Program-made: the position numbers and the translations under genes | Origin: Malacoraja senta | Lineage: Eukaryota | Direction of reading: 5' to 3' | Length of the DNA: 42,139 nt | Assembly: GCA_038087875.1 (NCBI GenBank) | Contig: JAXLNO010000035.1 | Span: 1 to 42,139 of the forward strand | Notes under the pieces: generated by a model | What the model was told of the DNA's origin: nothing | Seen by the model: the letters and a program-made list of their open reading frames with translations, nothing else | Databases searched by the model: none | In this document: piece after piece, positions 1 through 12,245 of the stretch | How the letters are laid out: each line of letters begins with the position of its first letter | Position numbering within the stretch: the first letter of the stretch is position 1

Positions 1-589
1 TTTCGAACCCCGCAACCGTGCTTTGGAGGAAAGGGGGTGGTTAGTGTGACGCCACAGCCCCCCCCCCACCCCCGCAAACACACGTTCGGTGTCCAGACCC
101 AACGGATCTGCACTTGGTCTAGTATTATATTAATACTCTGTGGCTGCCATACGGCAGTCCGCCTGACTTGTGCCACAAAGCCCCTTTGATACCGCCCAAC
201 GCCCACACCGCACGCGGAAACGCCGATATTGTTTACCATTTCTAAAGAGATTTCATTTATCTTTACGAATAGCCACTCCTGATTAAATTTGATCGTGTTT
301 ATGTACACTTTTTAAAATAAAATACTTCTCCCCCCCCCCCTAAACTTTCAAAATGTTTTAAAAAACAGCACTCAGCAATAGAATGTTAATGAAGGTCCCG
401 TTGTGTGATGTCACAATGCCCAATGCTCACAGATGTCAAATCGGAATGGAACCATTTACATATGCCTTTGCAGCAGCCCCAGCCCCAGCCCGTCCCCCCC
501 ACCCCTGCAGCCTGTGTCGAAGGGCGTCGTCACGTGTGTGGGAATAGAGAAAGAGGATTGGGGGTGATAGGGAATGGGGAACAGATGGA

Positions 590-1245
590 CTGTCCCTACC
601 CCTCCTACTTCCACTCTCCCTCTCCACTCTTCCCCCTCTCTCCCTCCCACCTCCCTCTCTCCCTCTCTTCCCCCTACTCCTCTCCCCTTCCCCTCATCCC
701 CTCTCTCCACCTCTAACATCCCCTCCCCCCCTCTCCCCCCTTCCTGCCCTCCCCGATCTCCTCCCACTCCCCACTCTCCTCCCCCTCCCTCTCCCCCACC
801 CTGCTCTCTTCTCCCTCACCAATCTCTTCCCTTTCTTCCTCCCCCTCTCCTCTTCTCTCCCCACCCCGTCTCCCTCTCCCCTTTTCTCTCCCCACCCCAT
901 CTTCCTCTCCCCTATTTGCCTATTTCCTTCGCTCCATAGATGCTGCTGCACCCGCTGTGTTTCTCCAGCTTTTTTTTGTGTACCAGTCTCTCTGTCTCTC
1001 CACTCTCTCTCTCTCTCTCTCTCTCTGCCCTTCTCTCTTCACAGCCCACGGCTCGACTCATGCACGCCCGCTCCAACCCCCCCTTCACCTCTCTCTCACA
1101 TCCTCTCCTTCCTCTCTCCACCCCTCTCCTCTCTCCCCCTCCTCTCTCCCCACCTTCCTCTCCCCCTTCCTCTCCACCCTCCTCCTCCCCCTCATCACAA
1201 TTATTTTTTAAATTACATTAAATTTTCTCTCTCTGCCCCCCCCCC
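590..1245. repeat. Polypyrimidine (C/T-rich) low-complexity tract with a small Penelope-derived fragment (about 912-985)
   Basis: Almost entirely C/T on the + strand, including (CT)n at about 1003-1026. It explains the Pro/Ser-rich and Gly/Glu/Arg-rich spurious ORFs. Confidence 0.9.
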
Positions 1246-1759
1246 GAGACGCACCTGAGAGGCGAGGGCTATTCATCAGTGGATAGGGTGAAGATGAGAT
1301 AAAAGAAGAAAATTTAAAAATTAAGATAATATCAAGGCGTGTGATGAGTGTGTGTTTGTGGGTGCCAGATTCCCACCCCGCAACTGTGCTTTGGAGGAAA
1401 GGGGGTGGTTAGTGTGACGCCACATCACCCCCCCCCCCCCAAACGCACGTTCGGTGTCCAGACCCAACGGGTCTGCACTTGGTCTAGTATACTATTAAAA
1501 CTCTGTGTGTGTGTGTGTGGATGTGTTTATTTATTTGTGGGTGTCACATTTGGCCTTTGATTCCTTGCTCCGCCAAAACCACACGCGAAAACTCCGAGAT
1601 TTTTTCAATTTCGCTAGACATTACACTTTTACATACCCTAACTCACTCCTTATTAGATTTAGACATTTTTATGTACACATTTTTAAATAAAAATCCATCC
1701 CCCCCCCCACTCACTCATTTTGTCTCCTCCTGCTGGCCAGCCACCATAACGGCTGCTGC

Positions 1760-2004
1760 CGCCCGGCTCTGCTCCAAAAACGCCGACATTTTTGTTTTCT
1801 TTCGCTGGCAATTTTCGCAGCTGCTGCCCGGCTCTCTTCCACTACCCCCACCCCCCGGGCCGGCTCTCTCACACTGGCTCAAGCGCCCGGCTCTCCTCCA
1901 AAAAGCCGACATTTTAATTTTTCCCAGTCGATTTTTCCTGCTGCCGCCCGGCTTTCCTCCACTACCCCCCCCCCCCGGGCCGGCATTCTCACGCTGGCTC
2001 AAGC
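1760..2004 (+). repeat. Imperfect tandem duplication of about 120 bp inside Helitron-like unit 3
   Basis: gcccggctct..ctccaaaaa.gccgacatttt...ccactaccccc.ccccccgggcccgg...ctggctcaagc occurs twice. Confidence 0.8.
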
Positions 2005-2144
2005 CAAACATCGGCTCTTCCCCCTCTGCTTTTCGACGTGCTCTGTGTCTACGCCGTCAAGACGCTGAAGCACGTTCGGGAACCAGACCCCGGGGTCTGA
2101 AGCATGTTCGGGGTCCAGACCCAACGGGTCTGCTCTTGGTCTAG

Positions 2145-2183
<39 letters not shown>

Positions 2184-2214
2184 ATACTCGTGAGTATGTG
2201 TGTATATATACACA
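2145..2214. repeat. Compound (TA)n(TG)n microsatellite
   Basis: Directly visible. Confidence 0.9.
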
Positions 2215-3540
2215 CTGAACTTTTTTTCTCTCTCGATTATCATTTTGTTTACAGTGTACTATGTTTACATATTCTGTTGTGCTGCAGCAAGTAAGAATTT
2301 AATTGTTCTATATGGGACATATGACAATAAAACTCTCTTGTCTCATGAATCTTGATACATTGCTGATAATGTTTCCAACAAAGGAACGTTTTGAGTTCCA
2401 CAGTTTGAAACAAAAAAATGCTCATCTTGACAGCGTTGGCATGTTGGGCTGAAAGGCCTGTTTTCACGCTGAGAGACTCCGTGACTCTATGCTCAAATTT
2501 GTTGAGATATTCTTCACCTGGGTGGGTGTTTTGCCTGCAGGTATTTTGTGTTATTTGTCATCACAGTAACAAGAATTAAAAAACGGAGAAACATTTTAAT
2601 TTCAGTGGATTAATATGCTAAAAATTATATTTTCATCCTAAAATTGGCGTTATTTAGACATGCCTTTAGAAAGTACATAAGCCACCGAGGTAGAATTAGC
2701 CCATTAGACCCATCACGTCTACTCTGCCATTCAATCATGGCTGATCTATCTCTCCCTCCTAACCCCATTCTCCTGCCTTCTCCCCATAACCCCTGACAAC
2801 CGTATTAATCAAGAATCTATCTATCTCCGCCTTAAAAATATTCATCGACTTGGCCTCCACAGCCGTTAATGGCAATGAATTCTGCAGATTCACCACCCTC
2901 TTGACTAAAGAAATTCCTCCTCATCTAATTCTCTCTTATAAAAACAGGAATGTTTTATCAGAAAATACTGATGCTTTATCAGGCGTAGATAAGGGACAGA
3001 TAGATCAGCCATGATTGAATGGCGGAGTAGACTCGATGGGCTGAATGGCCTAATTCTGCTCCTCTGACCTAAGAACATTATAAATTGTACTTACAGATGT
3101 TGACCGGAATTATGATGATCTACTATTAATATGAGCAGGATATTTTGTATTGTTTGTGCAGCAACACAAGCACAAGTAATTTATCGTATGGGAAACACGC
3201 ATTGGTAAAAGAAAGGCACAAAGTGCTGGAGCAACTCAGTGGGTCATGCCGGATCCCTGACGAACATGGATAGGTGAAGTTTCAGGTCCCTTCTTCAGAC
3301 TGATTGCCTTTGAGAAATATGTTTAGTTGTTCATTCATTAAACAAGGACCAGTCAGTTTAGTTTAGTTTACTGTCACGTGTACCGATGTACAGTGAAAAC
3401 CTTTTTTGTTGCAAGCTACCCAGTCAGTGGAAAGACTGTTATGTGTGGATATTTAGATTGCAAGAAATACCTTGTGCAATAATTGCTTGTAAATCAAAGA
3501 GTGTAATTTTAAGTGACCAATTTTTTAATTGTTTATTTAG

Positions 3541-3941
3541 TTAAAGAAACTCGAGATGACCTCTCTGTTCTCCGGTGGGAAGACAAGAATGGGCTGGCCT
3601 TTACAATGGGCGACATTAACTACAGGAACCGGTCTCTGGTCATTTCAATGGATGGAGACTACTTTGTATACTCTCAGGTTTCATTCAGAGGCATGGGAAG
3701 CAGCGAGTGTGAGCTCATCACCCACTCTGTCATCAAGCGTGAAACCTACCCGGAACCTACCTTCCTACTTACCTCCACCAAGTCCATCTGCAACGTCATA
3801 AGTCCCTGGTTTGTGGCCAACTACTTGGGAGCAGTATTCCAACTGAAGAAAGGGGACAGATTGGTTGTGCAAGTCAGCAATGTGGCTCAGGTGGACTTTA
3901 CCACTGAGCACAAAACATTCTTTGGCACCTTCTTGCTGTGA
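3541..3941 (+). CDS. TNFSF15: Terminal coding exon (TNF homology domain) of TNF ligand superfamily member 15 / TL1A; upstream exons not identified in this window
   Basis: Translation (V)KETRDDLSVLRWEDKNGLAFTMGDINYRNRSLVISMDGDYFVYSQVSFRGMGSSECELITHSVIKRETYPEPTFLLTSTKSICNVISPWFVANYLGAVFQLKKGDRLVVQVSNVAQVDFTTEHKTFFGTFLL* matches recalled TL1A motifs (LxWE..GLAFT, GDYFxYSQVxFRGM, YPEPTxLL..TKSxC, YLGAxFxL..GD, KTFFGxFLL). A T-rich acceptor ttaattgtttatttAG ends at 3540, giving a phase-1 exon as in TNF-family last exons. Stop TGA at 3939-3941. Confidence 0.9.
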
Positions 3942-3952
3942 ATGCCCAGAGC

Positions 3953-4265
3953 TTAGGTTAGTTTAGTTTAGGTACAGTGCAGAAACAGGCCCTTCAGCCC
4001 ACCGAGTCCTCGCCGACCAGCGATCATCCCCGTACACTAGCATTATCCTACACACACTAGGGACAATTTACAATTCATACCGAAGCCAATTAACCTACTT
4101 ACCTGCACGTCTTTGGAGTGTGGTAGGAAACCGGAGCACCCGGAGAAAACCCACGTGGTCACGGGGAGAGCATACAAACTCCGTATAGACAGCATCTGTA
4201 GTCAGGATCTAACGCGGGTCTCTGACGCTGTGAGGCAGCACCTCGACCGCTGCACCACCGTGTTG
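3953..4265 (-). mobile_element. tRNA-derived V-SINE (HE1-like), immediately after the TNFSF15 stop codon
   Basis: Reverse complement shows a tRNA-like head, the V-domain core ctccccgtgacc.cgtgggttttctccgggtgctccggtttcct and a (ctaaa)n tail. Confidence 0.85.
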
Positions 4266-5117
4266 CTCTAAACACAATAAGAGAAGTTAAATGTACAATC
4301 AGAAGCCTCCATACCAGCACTTGATTGAATCTGTATCCATACCATCCAATAGAAATATTGGGAGTGTGATTTGTTCACTCACATCTGTTGTAGCAGGAAT
4401 CTCCGGTAGATCTTTAAAGTAATGGTTTACTGACACAACGTCAACAGAGGGCAAGAAAGTGACTGACCACGTGATTTTGGCATGTGGTAACGGGCCCTCT
4501 GTCTTTGTGATAAGAATGGGAGGGCTATGGACTCAAGACCAAGTGCGTGGTGTCTCAAAATTCAGTTGGCAGGATAGAAGCCAGCAATGGAAATTTGAGA
4601 TATCATAAAAAAAATTAACAATTATACAACACACCTCAAGAAATTTGCAGTCAGCTTTCAATGTGCCAAACATTCCCTGGCTGTCGAAGTGTTCTGACTG
4701 CACCATGGTGAACAGTCTTTCATGTAAATTTAACTTCTCTTTTTACTGTTACTAATTGAGGGGGAATAAAATCTAAATGTTATATTTTGTGTAACCCTTT
4801 GTAAGCCACGGTTCACATGCAGTAACAAGTGACACTAAGATGTAACAAAAGAGAAAATAAGTGCGCTCATCGAGGCAAACGATTGATCTCTTCCTTTGAT
4901 CTATGAATCTACTGCATGCTAACCTTGATTCGACATTTTTACTCAGCCCATGTCTCTTTCCAACTTAGGAATTCTAATTCTGAAGAAGGGTCTCGACCCG
5001 AAACTTCGCCCATTCCTTCTATCTAGACATGCTGCCTGTACCGCTGAGTTACTCCAGCATTTTGTGTCTTTTTCCAATGTAGGCTCTTGGTTGTATTGAA
5101 TTGTTTTGCTAGGCAAT

Positions 5118-5144
5118 ATTTATTTTTCACATTATTTATTTATT
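5118..5144 (+). promoter_or_regulatory. AU-rich element in the putative TNFSF15 3' UTR
   Basis: ATTTA at 5118-5122 plus TTATTTATTTATT at 5132-5144 (overlapping UUAUUUAUU nonamers), about 1.2 kb after the stop codon. Confidence 0.5.
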
Positions 5145-5931
5145 ATCCAATGACAGCGTGCACATTAGAAAGATGTAGAGCAGAAAGAATGCAGTGCTCA
5201 GTTTGTGATGTTATTAACGGTACTGATGGTCCCAGTTGTGGAAGACCCGACTAACTGAATCTTTCATGCCATGTTCATAAGTGATCGGAGCAGAATTAGG
5301 CCATTCGGCCCATCGTCTACTCCGTAATTTAATCATGGCTGATCTATCTCTCCCTCCTAACCCCATTCTCCTGCCTTCTCCCCATAACCCATGACACTGT
5401 TCGCACAAATGTTTATATCCATTGAATATCGCAAAGTGGATGTGCATCCAAGCCTCCGATCTTCTGTACATTGTTTTATATTAAAACCGCAACTATTTAA
5501 TGGTGATTTTACGTGTCGTAGAACATTTTTTTACATTATTAGCATTTATTCTGTTGAATCTTTATCAAGATTCCTGATTCGTAATGGTCTGAACGCACGA
5601 ACGAGATATAATTGTTCACTGGCTGGTACATATTGGTTCCACGGTTTGTGGGATGTAACCAGCTAGTGGTCAGGACATCGGACATTGAAGACCCAGCTCT
5701 CGACAGTTACTGGCCCAGGTTAAGGGCAAGGGTGGTTGGGGTGATGTGGGATTCTGCTTCTGGTTGACCCCAGATACAAATTGCCGTTCATTGGGTTCAT
5801 TGAATGCGAACAGGACCAATGGTTAAGCAGAGACTGGAAAATAAATGCAGTGGGTGCAATACTAGACTGCACCTCTACTTGTTATTGAAGTGCTTTGTTA
5901 TGTTTATAATCTTTGTAAGAGACTACATTTT

Positions 5932-5942
5932 ATTAAAATAAA
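5932..5942 (+). terminator. Candidate distal polyadenylation signal of TNFSF15
   Basis: Overlapping ATTAAA/AATAAA in AT-rich context. Alternative AATAAA hexamers occur at 4765-4770 and 5840-5845. Confidence 0.35.
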
Positions 5943-6409
5943 AAACTGTCATCAAGAATATTCTCGTAAGAATTTTATTTCTCTACTGAAATATTCCAAT
6001 CTATTTGCCTCATCGTTGTTAATAAGTAAAGGATGGTGTGAGTTTAGGGAAGTGTTTTTGACATTTTTCCTTGCATCGTTCTTCCATGTCCTCTCTTCCC
6101 GCTGTCCAGCAGGGTGCGGGCTGCACTGTCCAGTCGGAGAGAGAGACACCCCATGAAACTATTGAGAGATACAGCGCAGGAACAGGCCCTTCGGCCCACT
6201 GAGCCCGTGCCAACCAACAACCATCCATTTACACTAATTGGACACAAATCCCATGCTATCCTCCCTTTGTTCCCATCAACCCATTCTACACTCGCTGAGA
6301 CACTAGGGGCTATCTACAGTGGCCATTTAACAGACCGACCCAGCACCTCTTTGGGAAGTGGGTTAAAAGAGAAGGACCAGGGGAATCGCAGGAAGTCACA
6401 TGCAAACTC

Positions 6410-6983
6410 TGAGCGCTGGTCTGGCCACATTTGGAGTATTGTGAGCAGTTTCGGGCCCCATATCTGAGGAAGGGTGTGCTGGCATTGGAGAGGGTCCAGA
6501 GGAGGATTACAAGAATGATCCCGGGTGTGATTGGGTTAACACAGGAGGGGCATCTGTTGGCTTTGGACCCGTACTCGCTGGAGGTAAGAAACTTAAGGGC
6601 GATCTCATAGTAATGTACCAGATAACGAAAGGCCTAGATAGAGTGGATGTGGAGAGGATGTTTCCATTGGTGGGAGAGTCTAGGACCAGAGGGCACAGCC
6701 TCAGAATAAAAGGATGGACATTTAAAATGGAAATGAGGAGGAATTTATTTAGCTAGAGGGTGGTGAATCTGTGGAATTGATTGCCACAGATGGCTGTGGT
6801 GGCCAAGTCATTGGATATTTTTAAAGTGGAGTTCGATAGGTTCTTGATTAGTAAGGGTATCAAACATTTTGGGGAGCAGGCAGGTGAATGCAGTGGGGAG
6901 GGAAAAATAGATCAGCCATGATCGAATGGGAGAGCAGACTTGGTGGGCCCAATGGCCTAATTCTGCTCCTATGATTTATGGTG
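6410..6983 (+). mobile_element. CR1-clade LINE 3' fragment inserted into a minus-strand SINE
   Basis: Decayed PHLEYC.QF..P / ERVQRR.TRMIPG / RVVNLWN.LP coding region plus CR1 tail. aaactc is duplicated at 6404-6409 and 6984-6989, and SINE parts lie on both sides. Confidence 0.8.
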
Positions 6984-7304
6984 AAACTCCATACAGACAG
7001 CACCTGAGGTCAGGATTGAACTTGGGTTTCTGGTTCCCCGAGGCAACTGCCCTATCAGCAGTCATGCCTTTTCTTCCCACGCTCATTCCTTGAGTTCTCT
7101 TACTTTCCAGACTTGATCTGCTTCTATTTCACATCCACAAGATTGGGGAACATTGTGGACACTCTGTCTGTTTTGCTCACTCTCTACACTCTCAGGTGGC
7201 CATTGCCGTTGACTCTGATGACACATTCTGTTTCCTGACCACTCATGCCTCCACCATCTCCAATAAATTCCCACCTACACGATACTGCCAGACGCAGCCC
7301 AGTC

Positions 7305-8970
7305 ACTGTGGGCGCAGTGGTATAGCTGCTGCCTTGCAGTGTCAGAGACCCAGTTCGATCCTGACTACGGATGCTGTCAGTGAGGAATTTGTACGTTCTC
7401 CCCGTGACCACTTGGGTTTTCTCCGGGTGCTCCAGTTTCCTCCCCGCTCCAAAAACGTCCAGGTTTGTAGGTTATTTGGCTTCTGTAAAATAAAATAATA
7501 AATTGTCTCTGGTGTGTAGGATAGTGCTAGTGTACAGGGTGATCGTTGGTTGGCGCCGACTATCAGTGGGCCGAAGGGCCTGTATCCGCGCTGTAATTTT
7601 AAAGTATTAAAGTCTAAAGCCCTGCATCCGCTGACCTGCTACTGAGGTCCTCCGCCATCTCTGGACAATGATCTCCACTTGACCAGACACACCACACCCT
7701 ACAGAAGGCAGGTTCTGTTGCCTGTCCTAACAAGTACCCAAGTCCTGTTTGTACATGAGCACATGCCTGTTGAATCTCACCCATCTGGCTATCATTCTGA
7801 TGCTTTTGACACAGGCTTTTGATCTTGATACAGTGGATTGAAAAATTCTCCTCCTAGTTCTGAACTTGCTCCGTTCCCATCACAGTCCCAACATCTCCTC
7901 CTTTTCTCAACTGCTCCAGTGTTGACAGAGGCCAGAGGTTTAAGATAAGCGGCAAAGGATTGAAGAAGGATCTATGTTCACCAAGTGCGTACTCGAAATG
8001 ATGAGCGCACAGTCTGAGGGGATGGTGGAGTCGCACACTATTGTTACTTAGTTTTAGTTTATAGTTTTAGTTTTAGTTTTAGATATCCAACGTGGAAATT
8101 TGCCCTTCGGCCCACCAAGTCTGCCCCGACCCATGCACTAGTTCTATCCTACACACTAGGGACAATGTACAGAAGCAAATGAATCTGCAAACCTGCAGGT
8201 CTTTGGAATTCTGCGAGGAAGCTGGAGCACCCGGAGAAAAATATGCGGTCACAGGGAGAAGGTATACACTCTGTACAGACAGCACCCTTAGTCAGGATCA
8301 AACCTGGGTCTCTGGTGCTGTAGGGCAGCAGCTCTACCGCTGTGCCACCCTGTACCACAGCGCCACTGTGCACCCTTGTGTACTCTATACTATAAGCATC
8401 TTGAATGCAGTGGCAGCATAAGCCAAGGGGTGAGCACTAGGAAGTGGGATTCACCAGGATGAGCTTTACAGTTCTGAGGAGAGACAGGGGAGGATGGGTC
8501 AGATTTCCCTGGAGTGGTGGAGGTTAAGAGGGAGGATGCCTGAGGGATATAAAATCATGAGGGTGCAAATAGGGTAGGCTGCAGTAAAATATCCCCCTCT
8601 CCAGAGATGAATCAACCCAGGAGACATTGGTTTGTAGCAAGGGCGGCACAGTGGTGCAATGGTAGAGTCGCTGCCTTACACAGCGCCAGAGACCCGGATT
8701 CGATCCTGACCACGGGTGCTGTCTGTACAGAGTTTGTACGTTCTCCCTGTGACCGGGTGGGTTTTCTCCGGGTGCTCCGGTTTCCTCCCCCACTCCAAAG
8801 GCGTGCAGCTTTGTAGGATAATTGGCTTTGGTAAAATTGTAAAATGTCCCTGATGTGTAGGATTAGTGTCGTAGTGTACAGTAGGATTAGTAGTCTTAGT
8901 GTGCAGGGTGATTGCTGGTCGGTGCAGGCTCGTTGAACTGAAGTGCCTGTTTCAGGGCAATATCTCTAAA
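7305..8970. mobile_element. Cluster of three V-SINE copies: about 7305-7617 (+), about 8050-8372 (-), about 8641-8970 (+)
   Basis: Same head (ggcggcacagtgg.gca..ggtagag..gctgcc..acagcgccagagacccgg.ttcgatcc), core and tail as the other copies. Confidence 0.85.
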
Positions 8971-9669
8971 GCTTAAAAAGATTAAGAGGTGTCTTTCTCA
9001 ACATAGACAGTGGTGAGTACATGGAACAAGCAACCAGAGAGAGCGGTGGAAGCAAAGCCACTGGCGGCATTTAAAAAGTGTCTCAACAGACACTTGAATC
9101 ACCCAAAGACTGAAGGCTGCTGACCAAGCAATGGAGGATGGCACTCACTAGTCGGCATGGATATGGTGGGCCGAATGGCCTATTTCCATGCCGGAGGATT
9201 CTCTGGGTCTACTAGATCTTACTTTCTGGTCAGCAGGGAGCAGTGGACTTGTATCCATGCTGCAGGATGCTGCTGCATATGCTGGGTTTTTTTATATGTA
9301 GGAGCTTTAGTTCAGTTGTAGATCGAGCATGGAAACAGACCCTTCAGCCCACTGAGTCCACACCAACCATCGATCATCCGTTCACACTAATTCCATGTCA
9401 TCCCACTTTCTCATCCACTCCCTGCACAGCAGGGGCAATGTACAGACGCCAATTAGCCCACAAACTACAAGTCTTTGGGATGTGAGATGAAATCGGAGCA
9501 CCCGGAAGAAACTCTTCAATAATAATTCAAATGTCTGATTTCTGATGGCAGATAACACATTAACAATTTTAGTTGAAATTTGATACGGCCATTTCTGTTT
9601 CAAACTTGTTCAATATACTTTGCCAAATTATATGTCTTTATTAATATAAATCAATAACATTTTACCTTA

Positions 9670-9858
9670 GGTAGACAAAAATGCTGGAGAAACTCAGCGG
9701 GTGAGGCAGCATCTATGGAGCGAAGGAAATAGGCAAACGTTTCGGGTCGACCCGAAACGCTGCCAATTTCCTTCGCTCCATCGATGCTGCCTCACCCGCT
9801 GAGTTTCTCCAGCATTTTTGTCTACCTTCGATTTTCCAGCATCTGCAGTTCCTTCTGA
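9670..9858. mobile_element. Penelope-derived foldback (palindromic) insertion
   Basis: Near-perfect inverted repeat 9669-9827 centred on gggtcgaccc (9744-9753). 14-bp TSD aacattttacctta at 9656-9669 and 9859-9872. Confidence 0.85.
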
Positions 9859-10304
9859 AACATTTTACCTTAAATGTTTTCGAGCCACAGAGTCATAGAG
9901 TGATACAGTGTGGAAACAGACCCATCAGCCCAACTTGCCTACCCCTAACATGTCCCAGCTACACTAGTCCCACCTGCCAGCATTTGGTCCATACCCCTCC
10001 AAACCTGTCCAATCCATGTAGCAACCCTGTCCTATCCATTTTATTAATTAAACATTTTTTCTCCCCAATTAATCCACATTAGAGTCCAGCTGTGCAGAAA
10101 GGAACTGTAGGACTTCCGGTGATGACATGTTATACAAACAGATGTGCACCTAGCTCCACTCCCGAAAAAAAATCGCGATTTTTCGCGTTAAAACGGGTTT
10201 ATAAGTCGGAATTGGTTTAAAAACCTTACCGGAGCTTCTGGTCACCGTGCTGATGACATCATCAGTAAGCGCGATGTTTTAAACGGTGGCTTAAAGACTT
10301 TTAA

Positions 10305-11345
10305 ATGAGAAAACTGTCTCCAGCTCAGAGCCCTCAGAGAACAGTTAAAAAACAGCTGCTGAAAAACCTGAAGAATCCTGAAGGAGAAGTTACCTCTGAA
10401 GTTCCTGAAGTGGCTGCAGAAATGGATAAAATATCTAAGACAGAGCTGGCTAAGGATAAAGAATTTGAGGATTTGAAGAAATCAGTGAAAGATATGAAAG
10501 ATGAAATTTTGGGTGAAAATAAAACTCTGATGGGAAAAATGATGGAAAAAATCGAAAAGATGATGCAGGATTCGAATGCTGGTCATCAATTTGTTTATTT
10601 ATAGTGTCAAGATGGACTGTCGTGGAGAATTGATAAGATGGAAAAAGTTACTACGGACAGGTTCACGGCTGTGCTTGAAACAGTAGCTGCAAGTATGGCT
10701 ACAATCATGGAATTGGAGAAAAATGTGGCTCGAGTGGCTGAAGACATGGTGAAAATGAGGCGAGAACATGATCAAATGAAGCAAGAACATGAGCAAACTT
10801 CAGTACAGATGACGACTCAACTGGGGAAAGTTTCAGATAAATGCCTGGACCTGGAAGCTCGTTCTAGACGCCAGAATTTGAGAATTCTTGGAGTCTCAGA
10901 GGGAGCGGAGGGAAGGGACATTCGTGCGTTTGCCATGGGCTTACTTAAACAACTGCTTAATCTCTCCAAAGGACCGAAAATTGAAGTGGCACACCGTGTA
11001 CCGAGATTTAAACCGAGATCTCAAGCTAGACAAGACCACCCACGACAGATTATTGTGAAATTTCGAGACATTTCAGAACTGGAATAGGTGATGAGTAAAA
11101 TCAAATATGGAGTGCAACTGAGGCTTGATAACGACATTATCAAAATATTCAGGGACTATCCGTATGAAATTGTGCAAAAGAGAAATCAATTCGGAAAGGC
11201 AAAATAACTTTTAAGGGGGAAGCAAGATGTTAGATACGGTGTCTTTTATCCAGCTAAAATGCGCATCTCTTATAATGGACGTGAAAGATCATTTGTAAAC
11301 CCGGAGGATGCGTACAAATATGCCCAGAGCATCGTTGAAAAGTAG
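10305..11345 (+). pseudogene. L1 ORF1p (coiled coil + RRM + CTD) with three in-frame stops
   Basis: Motifs DLEARSRRQNLRILGVSEG, IEVAHRV, PRQIIVKF, IKIFRDY and YGVFYPAKMRI lie in one frame. Stops at 10602, 11085 and 11205; terminal TAG at 11343-11345. Confidence 0.9.
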
Positions 11346-12245
11346 CGGGAATACATAGACGGTATGAACAAACTTTTTTATTGGAATTCCACAGTTAATG
11401 GAGGATCGGCAGCTCAGAACCATTTCATGTAGTGTTTTGTTTAGGATGGCAAGACTGGTTATCTGTGGAATTTTAACTCAAGGACATTCTGTGTTCCAAA
11501 CGAAGTAAACAGCCGAACCGAAGAGAATGGACTATACCAGAAGCATTAATTGTTTAATAGATTATAATATTAAATCCAATTGTAAGAATTGATCCTATTA
11601 ACAACTTAACAATTTAACAAATTATTAATATTAAACTAGAATAGTAATGGACGCTAACAAAAAATAAATAAAGAACTAACATAACTAACATAAATTTTTA
11701 CTAAATCTAAACCTTATCTATAACTGGGTGGAGGGGATGAGAAACGAGCACCTGGCTCAGGTCCAGGAGCACGTTTCATTAACCCCTTCAATGAACAGTT
11801 GATTATTATTGAAGGTAAAATCATTCGTTTAATAATTAGTAGATAAAATTGTGATATATATATATGATATGTTATAATGAAATATATAGGGTAAATTTGT
11901 ATCATATATCTGATTGTGAGGCCCCGTCCTATTATGTTATGATTAACCAAGGGTGCGGAGTTATTTGTTTAACATCAACAATGGAAGTCGAAACAAGGTT
12001 TTCTCCCACCTACAGGTGGGCCACTTGTTACAGTGTCGACCATTTTAGACACTGTATTTTCACTTTTTCAATTTTTTTTAAATTATTATTATTACCACAT
12101 AAAGTCACATGTTTGTGTTTCATGTTTAGTGATAAGCGTAAAAGGGATATGCCAACAAAACTTAGTAATGCAAAGGTTCCCCCAATACCCAAAGACCTGA
12201 GACATGGATGCACCGCAAGATTTAAAGGTAATATAATTATTCAAA

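Larger units (their letters stand above)
1..2144 (+). mobile_element. Head-to-tail array of non-autonomous Helitron-like units (3' ends at 122, 1487, 2144)
   Basis: Three repeats of the hairpin cagaccc-aac-gggtctg (94-110 with one mismatch, 1459-1475, 2116-2132), each followed after 8 nt by CTAG|T. Bases about 8-123 recur at about 1376-1488. Units 2 and 3 share 5' segments (about 209-340 vs about 1579-1710). Confidence 0.65.

Noticed and set aside
405..2144. Pro-rich and Gly/Glu-rich ORFs, including the 211-aa ORF
   Set aside because: They arise from low-complexity C/T tracts and internal duplications of Helitron-like units.
3151..3180. Possible micro-exon of TNFSF15 (tgtgcAG caacacaagcacaa GTaat)
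   Set aside because: The 14-nt segment has no KPxAHL-like motif and no other support.
3513..3540. GTG-started N-terminus (MTNFLIVYL) of the listed 142-aa ORF
   Set aside because: It is the intron polypyrimidine tract and acceptor; the true exon begins at 3541.
9669..9827. Long hairpins as miRNA precursors or CRISPR-like repeats
   Set aside because: They are multi-copy, TSD-flanked and homologous to the Penelope 3' end. There is no regular repeat-spacer array and the DNA is eukaryotic.
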